From positions 8,814,581 to 8,878,580 of the forward strand of contig OZ037767.1 of NCBI GenBank assembly GCA_964035545.1: 64,000 nucleotides of DNA, in the 5' to 3' direction. Of this stretch, positions 1-14,689 are shown piece after piece. Under the pieces are notes generated by a model. It ran no database searches, was not told the DNA's origin, and saw only the letters and a list, made by a program, of their open reading frames with translations. The position numbers and the translations under genes are program-made. Source of the stretch: Bugula neritina (lineage: Eukaryota > Animalia > Bryozoa). Position 1 is the first letter of the stretch. The number at the start of each line of letters is the position of its first letter.

Positions 1-1939
1 ATGTTGACATAAAACTATATTACACCTTTGGAGTTGTATACCCAACAGAATTAAATACATGTGCATTTTGTTTACACATAACTTCAATCAATCCATCAAC
101 TTTAGCAACATGACTGTGAGATTTTTTTTCAGTGAAAAAAATGATTGATAAAAACTATATCTAGCTAGAACCTTTAACACATACAGCTTTTTTTCTTTAC
201 GTGCTTAAGTTGCTTGAATCAGCTATAGATGGCTTTCTCTTGTGTTTTTACTGAATTCTAGGCTATAGGTAAGATAACGTACTTGGCAATGAAATTATAC
301 TATTTTTATTGTTGATGTGTTGTAATAAATTGTCAAATAATATTTATTGTAATAATTTTCTACTATCACGCAAAGCAAATTTTCAACCCTATTTTATAGT
401 TTTTATAATTCAGCCAACATTATGAATATCTCATAATAATTAATTTGTTATTGTGACTAATTACTGAATTAAATTTATATAATAACATAATATCCATTGT
501 AATATAAATATTCATATTGATACTCATCAGTTACATAGGTATAACATGTTATTTTGATTGTGTTTTGTTGTTTTGTTTTGTTGTAAAGCATCATTGAAAA
601 AGTATTTGAGATGTGCATTTTTATTAGATATAAACCAGTGTTGGGCTTATATAGCAAGTTGAATCAAACTGCAATGCGACTGAATATGTGGAAACAAGAA
701 GCAGTTTCTTGTTTTAAAAAGTTTCTTTACACAAATAACTTTGTATAATCAAACAAAAAAATCATCATTTTAGTAGAATAAGCATAACATTCATAGTGTG
801 TGTGCTACATGCCCAATTTGTGCTTGAATATTTAATAAAATGCCTATGTTTAAATAGTTTAAATCAGTGTGTTTAGTTATCAAAATTTTATAATTGGAGC
901 AAACATTTTCAGGTGTATTTAGCGCAATGTGTCAGCTATATAGTAGTATGGTATGTTATAGTAATTGTATTTTGGAGTGTTTTAGCCATACATCTTTAGA
1001 GTGCTGCAAATATTTCACAAATTGACCAAATCATCGAGAAAGAAAAGGCTGGTGCATACAACTGCTTCCACTATGCATTAATTCAAGTTTAATCGTTTTA
1101 CAAACCTGTTCAGATTAAGCAGCTTAAAATAATGCAATTGTAAACTGTGTATAAGTCATGGCTGCAGCTATCGCTGTTCTAAGTACTTTCCTTAAATTGT
1201 TTTATGCCTTTCCTTAGCTATAGTCCACAGCAGTTGTACAAGACAATGTTTCAAAGTACCACTTGGATTAGAGGTTATCTATAGGAATTTTTTTGAGCAT
1301 ATCAAAACCGTTTGATAAAATGTAGGTTCTATGTATATATAAGTGAACTTATATAAATATTCACACTACGTTATTAGCAGTGTAAATGTACTATTCTACT
1401 AACCATTCAGGGTGGTGAAGCAAGGAATGAATAATACACAGATATATTTTAGCTGATGCATGTAAAACTGCTCCATAAGCAAATTACCTAAGAAATGCTT
1501 TCGAGTCCACTGCGTAAAAATTTCTCACTCTATATAGTTTTTAAAACCTACAGAAATCTTGTATGTAAAATGATGGAATTTTTGATTATTGATTTCCATT
1601 TCATAGCATAGTGCATTGCATTTTAAATAACATATGCCATTCCATTCATGATAATTAGGTTAAAGGTCAAGCAGATGTGGTGCACACAAAACTGAGCAAA
1701 AACCTAAGGAATGGGCTTGCAAAACATCTCATTCAGATTGCTATATGTACAGCTTTTAATTAATGATATTTTATTTCTTTTTCAGTCAAACCTTTATATA
1801 GTTAGACTATAATCATTGATTGAATGATTTAGCAATAAAATAAGATTTCATAAAATAAATTCTTCTCTTATTTTAATTACAGAGCAATGATACTGTTTCC
1901 CTCACATTATTCTTATAACATATGGCTAACCTTTTTCAG

Positions 1940-2459
1940 ATTCCGGCTAATACAACTGTATTGGTAAATGCTTTCTACACATCTCACAATCCAAGTGTTT
2001 ATAAAGATCAATTTACTATCAAACCAGAAAGATTCCTTGATGAACATGGAGCTGTTGTACCACCTGGCAACCCTGTTCGTCATAAGTATGTATTCAACAA
2101 CTTATGAAGCATAACATACTATATTAAGCTATTGTATTTTAAAAGAATTGCTGACTATTTTAAAAATGTTATCTTAGCTTGATTACACACGACAGACGAT
2201 AGTTATTAAAATTGATTTAAAAACAATGTATAAACATATTTGTTGCAGTTCTGTTGGCCTATCTTTTGGGAGTGGGATGAAAGGCTGTATCGGGAAGAAC
2301 TTAGCTGAGACTAGAATTTTTCTGTTTCTTGCCAATATTTTGCAAAAGTTTACAGTCTCTCCTGCTGGAAAGCTGCCAAATGGAGATGTTAGAAACTACA
2401 AGTTGGTGGGAATATTAAGACCACCCAGTGTGTCAGCAAAGTTCATCCGTAGACAGTAA
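1940..2459 (+). CDS. Cytochrome P450 copy A (clan 2-like), last two exons only; 5' part lies left of the window
   Basis: GT-AG exons 1940-2085 (IPANTT...KPERFLDE) and 2249-2459 (FGSGMKGCIG heme loop, ends FIRRQ*); same sizes (146/211 nt) as exons 9-10 of the other copies. Confidence 0.9.
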
Positions 2460-3513
2460 AGTATGTATATTATAGAACATGATGGTGAAAGGTGAACATT
2501 AGATTTTCTGATGCAGACAGAAATTTGCAGCAGCTGAGCTTGTAAAAGGAGTTATCTTTCCATAACTACCCAGAATGCAATTTATTACTATATACTGAGA
2601 AAATGGTAAACCTCCAAACACTCACAAACTTCTGGTCATAACGAAATGTCTTCTGAGCAATTGCATGTAGCCATTAGGATCATGTTGGTTGTTAGAAAAT
2701 GCTGTCGAAAAAAACTAATAATATTTTGTGAAAAAAAAGTAAGATTCAAAACACTTTGCCTTGTCCAGAGCTTATAATATATAATTACATGTATGTACAC
2801 TTTATTACTTATTATATGTGTACAGAGACAAACTGGCCAAATTTAATGAACCTATGAGTTAAATATGGTATTCTACTTTGTCAAATATTAAGGTTTTGTT
2901 ACCCGTAGCTTGCTGTGAGATACAGAGGGATTAATGCAGTTTATACAAAAAATTGTTCAGATTAATTGATAACGTGAAGCATTTTTATTCATTCAGCTAA
3001 TTGTAATATTAGCAATGAAAGGTCTAAGTACTTATAATCTAAATAATAGATTGTTGAGTCCTCGATTTTTAGACAGAATGGATAAATTGAGAGATTGTGC
3101 AATTTATAATGCATCAATGTTTCCGTGATCCATGTCAGCAATGTTTTGGCACTGCACATGGGAAAAAAATATTGCTCTTTATTACAAACACCACACTAAC
3201 TTGCAATTACAAATATGAATGCTAATAGCTGTTAGTGTCAGTGTTTCATTGTCTATGTTGTGGTTGTTTATAAACAACATAAGGTGAATGACCTACTGAG
3301 AGTTCATCATATTATAGGTGATTGTACATGAACAAACCTGCTACCAAAGTAGCAACCTATGAGTACAACTTTAGTAGTGATCATCAAAGTGCAGCTTTAG
3401 TAGATGTGCTGCATTTATTGTAACTAAATGTTATAAAATCATACTGCTGTATAAATTTATAACAATTAACGCAAATTACTTAATATATGTATTATGGCTG
3501 AGCCAGTTTAAAG

Positions 3514-3710
<197 letters not shown>

Positions 3711-3716
3711 CAGATA

Positions 3717-3921
3717 GGGAGCAGCCGTGGTCTAGGAGTTAGAGCGTTTGCCTAGTGAATACGAGGTCATGGGTTCGAGCCCTGACAAAGGCCATTGGTG
3801 ATGTTAGGAAGAGAATCCATTCATAATTGCTCCTGTGCCTAATTTAAAATAAGTCTTTAGCCCGCTAAAACAAAAACTCTTTCCACCAGGGGTTTCTCAC
3901 AGGAATAGTGACTATAAACTT
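3717..3921 (+). mobile_element. tRNA-derived SINE (about 205 bp)
   Basis: Pol III A-box-like TGGTCTAGGAG and B box GGTTCGAGCCC followed by a non-tRNA body; homologous copies at 12225-12430(-) and 62392-62605(+). Confidence 0.8.
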
Positions 3922-4362
3922 GCATGAGTTTTTTTATATATATAATACAGATATTAATGTTTTTTCTGTTTCTTGAGGCTATGCTTAAAGCTTATATCTA
4001 TATGTGCCAATACAGCGTTGCTTTATTTTATATTAAATTCAAGTTTCTTGGCTTGGAGAGCCAGTTGACAAACCTAGCCCAAAATAAGGATGATCATCCT
4101 TATTTTCATCTCGAGATATTAGGATCCTTTCAAAATCTTTAAACTTTTGTGCTGTTACAGTGTATAGGATCATTAACTGTAATAGAAGGTCATCACCTTG
4201 TTTGCTCATGCATACATATGCTGATCAATTGTTATATAAAAGTCAGTCTTAACTATTTAATTCAGTATAGATGAAAACTAGCAGAGCAGACAGTCTAGTT
4301 ATCCAGTTAGAGCTCAGTGACTTCACATTAAATTAAAAGAGTTGAACCTTAGTGACGGCAGA

Positions 4363-7300
4363 ATGGTACTAGCTACAACACCTGTCCTAATTGCAATAGC
4401 ATTAGCATTACTTGCTTATTTACTTTTTAAATGGCTAGAGGTAAGTAAGTTAAACGTTAACTTAAATATTTAGCTTTACAAAATACTTTACAACTATGTA
4501 AAAAAATATTAATATATAATTTAATTTTTTGTCTTATTTGGAAGTTGCATTAATTAGCATGTTTATCTCTCACAGTTTGGTATATTGGTAAATGATAAAA
4601 GTTTTATATGTTAGTGCATGCATAAATAATAGCTGATGTTCAAATTCAGGATCCATTGAGAAAGATACCAGGTCCAAGAGGGTTACCATTCATAGGTAAC
4701 ACATTATCTTTTGATCCAACAAGACTTCATATGATATTGTATGACTGGGCAGAGAAATATGGAGATATTATGAAGATTTCACTATTCAACACTCCTATGG
4801 TGGTTGTTAACTCAACTGAGTTAGCTTATAAGGTTCTCGTGAAAAGTGGTAAGGGTAATTTTATTTCATATGTATTTATGTATGTATAGGTAATCATCAG
4901 AAGATTAGATTTATAGTTTAGCACAGGCTTTTTATTAAAACGTTAGTTTAATTGTTCCAACTTGTCTGTTAACTTTCTCTTGTTTCATGTATCCTAGTTA
5001 TTAGTTTAACAGGTTTCATGACTCATTTAAGGCACGGACTTTCAAGGCAGACCACCACTTGCACGGGCAGAAAGAGTTGCCGGTAAAAATCTGGCTTTTA
5101 GGGTAAGTTCTAGTAAAGTTATCATGCATTGCCTTGGTTTGTTGACCGAAAAATAATATATCACTGAAGATAGCAGCTCTAGCCATGAAACAATATGCTG
5201 AGACATCAGCTAAATGTTGTAGAGTTTTGCTGGTAGATGACAACATAAAATCTTTATAATATCTTTTTACAATGTATGTATGTAGTTTTTAATACATTCC
5301 TCATATACTCTAAGTTTACAAACTATTGCAACATTAGTACTTTTGTTGTACAAGTACAAGTTGTAATATCTAAATAAACCTTTAAAGCAATAATTTTAGT
5401 CAGTTGATGAACCTGGATATCAGCAAAGAAGACACTACGCTATTAAAGCAATTAAAGGGTATGGAGAAGAAGTAGCTCACCTCGAGGATATAATACAAAG
5501 TATTACAATCACATTGATTGATGACATCACAAAACAAGATGGCCGGCCTATGGATGTTGATCAGCTCTGTTACGGATTTCTCTGCTGTGTGATGGCTTCT
5601 TTGGTATGTTTAAAGCTCACGATGCGGTTAGAATAAATACTTGAAATTGAATAAGAATTACATAGCTATAGTGCAGATAATTGGCCTGTGATCAATAAAA
5701 TAATACCCTTGCAGCTGTATGGTGAGGAGTATGCCTTTGATGATCCAGTGTGCCAGTCTATTAGCAGGATGACGAGAGAAGTTCTAAATGCTGTAAATCC
5801 TGTGTCACTTGGAAGTCTTTTAGACAGTTTTCCTGTTTTGTTTAAGCAAGATTTCTTTCTTAAAGAAACTCAGAAGCAAATTCAGCAAGCACGCAATTTC
5901 ATAGATGAGTCACTTTACAAGAAAATTGCAGAGTATAAAGTGAGTTATACATACAAAATTACAAATTTTTGAAAGTCTATTTATACTTGTGCTTAAACTA
6001 TTGTTTATAGACAGCAACTAATTAGTATATTTATAACTAAGAAACTTATTGTGCGTGTAGCAAACAATCAACTTCTTAAAAAAGAATTACTAATCTGACT
6101 TCATCGGCCTCTTTCTGTCCTGAGAGATGATATGGCTGCACCAGGTTGGTTGATGCCAACACCCATGCTCCTTGTGTTGCCCTGATCTGCAGGTTTTGTT
6201 TATTTTATTACTTAAGCTTGAGCAAATAGTCCAGCAAGCCGCTGGCAATGGTTACGGGCTGTCTTCAGTGCACTTGTAGAACTGTGCCATAAGTATTTCT
6301 TATATACTAGATGTGTAGCATGCTTGGTCTCCACCGCAGGTTAAACTTCTTCCCAGTTTTGTTCGAATCAATCCGAATTTCCCTGTTCCTTATACTCAAG
6401 GGCTTTAAGCCTGGATTTGTATAGAGCTGTATGTGCTGCTCTCTCTGCAGTTGTGAATTATTTTTAGTTGTTAGCAATGTCTCAAGAGTTTCCAGTCTTT
6501 CTGCCTGGGAGGCTTTGAATTCTGGTGCAGTGCATTTGACATGTGCTGGTGTTGATTTTTGATCATATAAAATGTGGTCTGCCTAACAGTCAGCACTGTC
6601 TATGCTTCTGATATTTTATTTACTATAGAGGTTAATATTCCTGATAAAAACCATGTCAAGTCAATGCAAATGCTTGGATGGCATCATGACCTTGTACTGA
6701 AGAAAGGTGTCTGTTATGGTCAGGTTTCTATAGGAGCATAACACAAGAAGTTTTTGAGCATTTTCATTTATCTTACCCTGCTTCCCAATAACTGAAGGCT
6801 GCGAATCAAAGTCTGCGTTAACTCTTGGGTCAAGTGCGCGTTCATACACCAATGGGCCATACATGCCACACGTTTATATATAAGTCAGAGCTCCTTTAAG
6901 TCCTTTGTAATCTAGCCTGGCTGCAAAGTATAGCCAGTTGACATGAATTGCCACAGGGAGATACTATACATAGGGCTTGTTGATAAAGGCTGTGTACTGG
7001 TAAAACAGGATTCATGCCCTCAGCTTGCCGATTCATATCGCTACAAGCAGCTGTGCTAGCAAGTTGTGGAGATTGAAAGCGAGAGGTGACAGCCACACAG
7101 ACATTTAACCATTACACTTGATGCATATAATTACAAACTAGTAATTTGTTTTACATAAAAATGTGTACTTAATCTCGTGAAAAACTAATTTAGGTTGTAC
7201 ATTGGGGGTTATCTTCTCTAACTATATTTTAAAACTATATTGTCAAATACGTTCTGTTCAGCCACATTCTGATTATACTGACTTTTGTATTTTATATTCA

Positions 7301-10066
7301 TTTACTTGAAACAATTATTTTAAGTAGAATTTCTATAAACAAAACAATTTCAGTTTATTGATTTATAGCTTCTCGGTTATATAATACATATTAAAAATTT
7401 TAGGCTTCTTTTAGCATGTGAAATGAGTTGTCTCGGGTTTTGTAATTATAATTTCAATTTATGTTTCCTCACGCTACCACCTCTTGTCACTACAGGCTGA
7501 GTTTGATGAGAACTGTCTGAAGGGAGTGTTGGATCAGCTGATTTTAATTCAGAAACGGGAAGTTGGTACAGATGACCCAGTTATGAATGATGATGCAATT
7601 CGGGGCATAATGCTAGACTTTATGGTGGGAGGTATATGTAAAGTTAAATTAAGATTATACTGCATGGAACTGTTACTGCTTAATCATGCCACCTACAACT
7701 TGTACAGAAAGTTTAAGCCAACTAGTTTTTCTTTAAACTTCAGGTCATAATAATAATGCTATTATTTCCTTTTCAAATTACAAGGGACGACAACTACTAA
7801 ATGGCGGTGTCTTGTATGCTAAGAGAAGGCAACTATTTATACTTCATATGAAATAATTATTTAGCATATCAGAATTTTATTACAAACTAAATAGTACTTT
7901 TGTACAGAATAGATAAGCATGCTTAGCACACTTTTAATTAATTAATTTCTAGAAAAACTCACAAAACAATGTTTATTCTAGCTGGTATAGAGAAATTTAG
8001 TCTTGGTGATTTGATAGAATAATGCATGTTATTTTTCTGATATAGGAATAGAGACTAGCCAATCTGTACTCTGTCAGGCTTTTCTTGATCTTCTTTGTGA
8101 ACCAGATTTACAGAAGAGACTTCAAAGTGAGATTGACTGCCAGTTTGAATCATCTCATGTCATCATGTTAAAAGACAGGTACCTAATTTTATTATAATTC
8201 CATCTTTTTGTATTGTTAAAAACAAGCAACTTATAAGATTTCTCTGCTGGTTGAGGTATAACAAAGATGACTGTTTTGTATGTTTGTTTACAAGCCAAAG
8301 CTGCCGTTACTGCAGGCATACATATATGAGAATCTACGGTACAAAACAGTGACTCCTATACTACTTCCACATAGGACTATTAGAGACACAGAGCTTGCTG
8401 GATACAAGGTAAGAGATATGATAACTCTGCTTTAAATAACCATACCATTTTTATTGAAAAGGTGGATCTACTATAGCAGTAGATTTTTATTTTAATTTTA
8501 CAAAACAAACTGATGAAAATTCTGGAGTTGTGAAATTTCAACTAGCTGTTCTATGGAGTTGTTTTCCCAGAAATAAACGGTCAAGTAGCAGCACTGATAC
8601 TAGTATTCCAATAGACTTTGTAACAACAATTATTACCATTAAATTTTAGGAGAATATAAACTTGAAACCAAATTTTATAGCTATAGGTGTACTTGTTTAT
8701 TGGCCAATGCTATTGAGGCAGCTGAAATAAAATTCCATAAGCAATTTGGTACCTTAATGTCACAAGTATGGTTACTAGATTGATGCCCGTCACACTATAA
8801 AGTCAACAGCCTATACTGGGCTACTATAGCCCCCTGCACTGTCTTCTTGAGTAATATAGGAAGTTTGACCACTCAAATTTTATGTATACTTGTAGAAAGT
8901 TTTAGTCAGACTGGAGAGTTAGATTTTTAATATAAATCTATAATGGACCAAATTAACATACTTTTTGCTCAAATGTATGCGTTTCACAAACAACTATTGT
9001 GCTTAGGATAGTTTAAATTGTTGATAGTTGAGACTAACACCTTCAAAGCATGCACATAATGCAATGTCTCTGCAGTGCTATCATTTTCTGGCGATTATAC
9101 GTTGACGAGTTTGTGGTACATTCTTTTTTTGAGATTTACAAACTTCTATAAGCCTACTACAATCGACTGTTATAACATTTATAAAGATATATCTGCTTTC
9201 TTGGAGAATTATAACTCCATAGTATATAGTTTGCACTTTTACGTGACAGAAAAATGTGGGAATTATTGTGATTCTGTTCATGATAACTAAGTTAGAGAAT
9301 ATAGACTACTGTGGTGAATAAGATATTTAATCAAAGATCAACAAATAGATATATATATAAATGAAAAAAATTTTAAATTACTCTGAAATCGAGATGCTCA
9401 CTTTTGGTGAGCAATATATGTTTTAATTTTCAGTTAAACAATAATCATTGATTAATTGATTTGGCAAATTCCAGAAAATAGAGATTCTTCTATTACGTCA
9501 ACTGCAAGACTTAGACTATTTCCCCGCACCATGTTTATTATCTATAACAAATTCATTACAGATTCCAGCTGATACAACCGTGTTTGTAAATGCTTTCTAT
9601 ACATCTCACAACCCGAGTGTTTATAAAGATCCGTTTATTATCAAACCAGAAAGATTCCTTGATGAACACGGAGGTGTTGTAGCACCAGGTCATCCTGCTA
9701 GATATAAGTAAGTGTTGATCAATTTACTAAACACGTACTAAACAAATGATATTTTAATAATTATTTTGGTAAATATTTCAGAAAACATTTTATATATAAA
9801 CTAAGGAGAGCTATTGATTATGTTTGAAAGGAATGTGTTCGCATATTTGTTGCAGTTCTGTTGGCCTATCTTTTGGAAGCGGGAAAAAAAGTTGTATTGG
9901 GAAAAGTTTAGCGGATGCTAGAATTTTTCTGTTTCTAGCTAATATTTTACAAAAGTTTACAGTCTTGCCTGCTGGAAAGCTGCCAGATGGAGATGTTCGA
10001 AACTACAAGTTGGTGGGAATATTAAGACCACCCAGTGTTTCAGCAAAGTTTATCCGCAGACAGTAA
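4363..10066 (+). pseudogene. Cytochrome P450 copy B, 10 exons (505 aa if spliced); probably splice-defective at exon 8
   Basis: Exons 4363-4440, 4650-4848, 5032-5102, 5400-5603, 5715-5939, 7496-7631, 8046-8178, 8294-8408, 9562-9707, 9856-10066. N-terminal TM anchor, PGPRGLPFIGN, GRP, GGIETS, ENLR, PERF, FGSGKKSCIG. The exon-8 acceptor reads CAA where paralogs have CAG/TAG. Confidence 0.7.
6100..6830 (-). mobile_element. Decayed RTE-clade LINE fragment (AP endonuclease C-terminal part and linker) in intron 5 of copy B
   Basis: Minus-strand translation VIGKQGKINENAQKLLVLCSYRNLTITDTF...SKHLH*LDMV...SADC*ADH resembles RTE APE motifs (NENG.RLL..C...L.ITNTFF, HQLD, ADC.TDH); boundaries approximate. 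Confidence 0.7.
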
Positions 10067-11010
10067 AGTATGTATATTAGGCTATAGAACATGGCGGTGA
10101 AATGTGAACATTAGATCGACTGGAATATCTATAATCTTCAATTTACACATAAAACCATGTGTAGTGCTTAAATATGAAGAGTAAATCAGAACCAAAATAT
10201 AAACCTACAAATCATGACAGCCAACATTAATTTCTATATTTAAATATTCAATGTATTTTGCTATAATTTAATGATCAGGAAACTGTGTAAGAAAATATCT
10301 CAATAAAGCATAGAGCTTTTCTGAAAAAAAATCTACAGTCTAAAACTTGTTTGAGCATAACATAACAGGTTGAACAGAGGTTTATAGACAGAAACTGGCA
10401 GAAGCTATGTTTGTAAGAGTTATCTTCCCATGACTACCCATAATGCACCTTTAAACTTTATATTATATACTGGCAAAATGGTGAACCTGCAATCCATCTA
10501 AAAACTTATGAGTTATGGTCATTATAAACTGCCTTATATGAGTTATTCTATAGCTATCAAAATTATATTGGATGTTAGTAAATGTTGTTGAAACAAACTA
10601 ATATAATGGGCAAAAAAAAAATTCAGAACATCACATTGTTTTTGCAATGTCAAGAGCTTATAAAATACATTCTAAGATCACACATATTCAATGAAGCATT
10701 ATAATATTGTGCACTCAAGCACTTTGTTATATATTTTTTGGACACATATATTCTGAATTAACTTGAGAGTTTTGGTTTACTGTTGTTGTGGGCAGTGCTG
10801 CAAGGTATTTAAGATGGAGTAGTTAACATAAAGCTGAACTGTAATCATATCTCACTTGAATTTAAATCGACGTACAATAGATTCAAAAGTTGGTTCACCA
10901 AGCAGTGAAAATATGGAGTTCTACTTAATTTCAAATTTAAGAAAAGAATAAGCATGGCTGTATAATACAGAAGCATGTTATAAATTTATTCATGCAGCTA
11001 CACTCAGTAT

Positions 11011-11079
11011 AGCCCGTGGTGTAATGGCTAGCATGCCTGCTTACATGCCAGAGGCCCGAATTCAAATCCCAGTGAAAGC
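11011..11079 (+). mobile_element. tRNA-like fragment or truncated SINE head
   Basis: TGGTGTAATGG A box and degenerate B box AATTCAAATCC at tRNA-like spacing; stems poorly paired. Confidence 0.5.
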
Positions 11080-12224
11080 AATAGTTATATATATAATATA
11101 TATAACTATTTTATGGGTATAAAACAGCATGCATGGAGCCAATTCTAAAAAATTCCATATATGCAAAATGCAACAGTTTAATTTGGATTAGAGTAACTCT
11201 GCCAATAATATTTATTTTTAGTACACTCATGGTTTGTGATGTTGAACATCATATCTCACATCAAAGCATTGCAAAATATACCTTGAATTATATTTTATTT
11301 GAATAATATTTTGTTAATGGCATCTCAAGTTATTATTCTGCTTATACTTCATAGTCTACATATTATAATGGGTAGATGATAGAGACAATAATATTTACTA
11401 GTCACAATGTATAGCTGTATCGTAATATAAAAAAGAATATAAGGAAGTATTCTTGTTGTTAAACCAAGATAGCAGTTGGTTGACAACAAGTTTATGTTTA
11501 TATAAAACATGTAACAAATAAACAACATTTTCAGGTGAATGACCTCACGTCTGGAGATCCCAGCAAAGTAGCTTTCCTGGGAGTAAGACTGTATTTATGG
11601 TGACTAAATAGCATATCTCAACTATGTGGGGTTATATAACTGACATTGTTATCTACATATTTTCAAGTTGTTATAAACGTTACTTTCCAAGAAATTTGAC
11701 TCTATATTTAATCTAAACTTGTCAATTTATACACATTTGACAATTAGTCCACTGACTACCAAAGCATCACATTTCATGCCTACATGAGATACAAGAGATA
11801 GCTTTCCTAATAATGACTGCTTTACTTACTCAAAAACGTGTTATGCCACGTATTTTCAATGGGGTTTCAGCCAAATATAATGTTCACACATATTTAACAA
11901 ATCCTATTTAATTTTAGAAGTAGAACTTCAGGTATTCTAAAGCTCTTCATTCTAGCTGTAGTAAATTTTAAACTGGCTTTGTTGTATATAATAGCATTTT
12001 TGTTATACAGGCTTTAAGAGAAGCGTTCATATAAAAAGCTATCACTTTATGTATGTACTATAGCTGTTCTGGGTGACTCTTCCTTTATGACTCAACTTAC
12101 AGTAACATGTTCTGTCCTCAATAAATACTACAGGCTCTCCTTGGTGTGTATATATAAAGCAATCAGAGTTCTGCTATAGAACTATGTTACAGTATGAAGC
12201 TATAATGTTGTATACATAGTAACC

Positions 12225-12430
12225 AAGTTTCTAGTCGCCATCCCTGTGAGAACCACTGAAGGAAAGGGATTTTTGAAGCAGACTTAGACTTATTCATTTA
12301 TGTGGCACAGTAGCTATTATGACTGGATGCTCTTCCTATAAACATCATCAATGACCTTCGCTGGGGTCTGAACACATGACTTCTTGTTTACTAGACCAAA
12401 CACTCCAATCCCTAGACCACGGCTGCTCCC
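12225..12430 (-). mobile_element. tRNA-derived SINE copy
   Basis: Reverse complement begins GGGAGCAGCCGTGGTCTAGG and aligns along its length with 3717-3921. Confidence 0.8.
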
Positions 12431-13940
12431 CAATAAATGCAACTCATGCACCAAAATTGTACTCCCAGGGAAGCTACTTTGATAACTAATTTATTTATAG
12501 ATACTGATTATATATGCTAAAATGTCAATGCCATTCACAGCTAATGTTGTTCATATATTATGTTGTAACTGCCAATTACATTATACACAGTGAAAATGTG
12601 GGACTGGCCAGTATTGGAATTCACATTTGACACAAATTATTTGATAAAAAAAGCTTCAAAGAATGATTTCTAATGACTATTCATATCGGCTGAAAGTCAT
12701 GAATTTTAAATAGCTGTATTAACAGAATCACACTACACTGTTATACCTGGTAAAGTAGTATATATACTACCATATATAGTATAATCGAGCAACCTGCTAT
12801 TGAAGAAAAGCTGTTAATAACATGTTTCCAAGTTTTTTGTCTCTAATATGTATGAAGATGTCTTATTGAATTTATTCAACTTGATTTGCATGGTTTATGC
12901 CAGCGGCTTTCAAAGAGGGATTTGCCCTTGGAGGAGAGGGAAGAGTTTGGTCTTTGTAGGGTAGGATTTCATTTTCCAAAAGTTTCTTCAGTTCAGACTG
13001 TTGGAATGTTTCTGTCTCCATGAGCTTGTCTAGATGAAAATAGCCTCATTGCACAATAGTGATGAGCAGTTATTTGAACATTCTTTTATTATCTATAAAT
13101 AGTGAATTCAAATCAGACTGTTCTAAATGTTTTTGCCAACAAAAGTTATTAATGTCCTCCCATTTATTGATACCTTTAATTGCAGCTAAATTGAAAATGA
13201 AAGCAAGTTAAATGTCAAACTTAGTGATCTGGGCCAGTCTATCTGCTTCACTTGAATACCTGTGTGTATATGCATGAATAGTTCTACTTAAATCAGATCG
13301 AACTGCATATTTTGATTCTAGCTTGTCTATAGATAAAAATAGTAAAGAACAGTTACCAGCTAGACGTGATCACTGTATCATTTTAAGCTTTGCAGGGTCA
13401 AGTTCCAAATTTAGACAGCAAATTGACAATCTAGATAACAATGCCAGTTATAAAACACTACATAGTTGAGATATCACTGAAGTTAGTTGCAATAAAACAG
13501 CTTGTGTACTAAAATCGTACTCCCAGGGAAGCTGCTTTGATAACAGGTTTATTTATAGACAATCACTATGCTGGAATTTCATAAGGTCATTCACCAGTTC
13601 AGTTATTACATGTTTTTATATAAAGATAAATGTGCTATCAACTAACTGTTATCATGTCACTGTTTACTGTTCAGCTAGCTTTATTAGGAGCCTTTTTATT
13701 TTTTGTCCTGATTCAATAACATGTATTTCATGTGTTACTAAATGCTTCCCTCTATATTCTTTTTCTATATTATAATACAGTTATACATTGTGACTAGTAA
13801 ATATTATTGCCACTATCATCTACCCATCATATGCAGATTATGAAGTATAAACTGATGTCCAAAAACAAAATATCATTTAGGTAAAAATAAAATTCAAAGT
13901 ATTTTGTGAGGCTTTGATGTGAGATAAAATATTCAAAATC

Positions 13941-14014
13941 GTGCGTGTGTGTGTGTGTGTGTTTGTGCCGCGTGTGTATGTGTGTGTGTGTGTGTGTGCG
14001 TTTGTGTGTGCGTT

Positions 14015-14045
<31 letters not shown>

Positions 14046-14060
14046 TGTGCATTTGTGCCG

Positions 14061-14116
<56 letters not shown>

Positions 14117-14220
14117 TGTGCATTTGTGCCGCGCGTGTGCATGTGTGTGTGTGCATTTGTGCCGCGTGTGTGTGTGCGTGTGTGTGTGCGTGCGTGCGTG
14201 CGTGCGTGTGTGTGTGTGTG
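13941..14220. repeat. Complex (TG)n microsatellite with recurring TTTGTGCCG interruptions
   Basis: Directly visible. Confidence 0.97.
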
Positions 14221-14475
14221 TTGTTATAATATAAACCTATACAAGCAGATGCACATAATAAATAAAATGTGAATATATAAAGTATTACTCAGTTATTCAA
14301 GTGTTCCATTTAAGCTATGTATGAATATAAGCATTTACATATATATGCCAGATATATTAGTGAAAACTGTTGTTGTATTTATTACAATGAGTTCATGCCT
14401 CTCTGTTTGACAAGTAAATTTAACACTTCAATTTTGAAAATAACTAACACAGTTTGTAATTGGACAGCATCTAAT

Positions 14476-14523
14476 AGGTCAAAGTTATATTGTAGCATGA
14501 GTGACTAAGATATGAGCCAATCA
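14476..14523 (+). promoter_or_regulatory. Conserved proximal promoter block of copy C: AGGTCAAAGTTA (nuclear-receptor DR1-like) plus CCAAT box AGCCAATCA
   Basis: Same block at 26237-26286 (D) and 45058-45107 (E); CCAAT box also at 60123-60131(-) for F; lies roughly 170-220 bp upstream of the ATG. Function inferred only. Confidence 0.45.
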
Positions 14524-14689
14524 CCCTGCTACTTCATGCCTATAACTAATAAGGCAGTGTTTAATAGCATTTATTTTTAACTAGTTTGTTCAGTGTAATT
14601 CACAACTAGCATTGCAGACAGTTTAGTTATCCAGTTAGAGCTCAGCTACTCAAATTTAAGTTAGAAAAGTTGACAGCAGTGGCAGCAGA

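Noticed and set aside
3717-3790. Functional tRNA gene (also 11011-11079)
   Set aside because: Cloverleaf pairing is poor; the 3717 copy continues into a shared SINE body found three times in the window.
8460-9410. Possible DNA transposon enlarging intron 8 of copy B (also extra sequence at 1-1750 and 19170-19700)
   Set aside because: No convincing TIR pair, TSD or coding remnant could be established by eye.
13827-14272. His/Thr- and Cys/Val-rich ORFs (also 44377-44829, 47344-47679, 54139-54545)
   Set aside because: These are translations of microsatellites.
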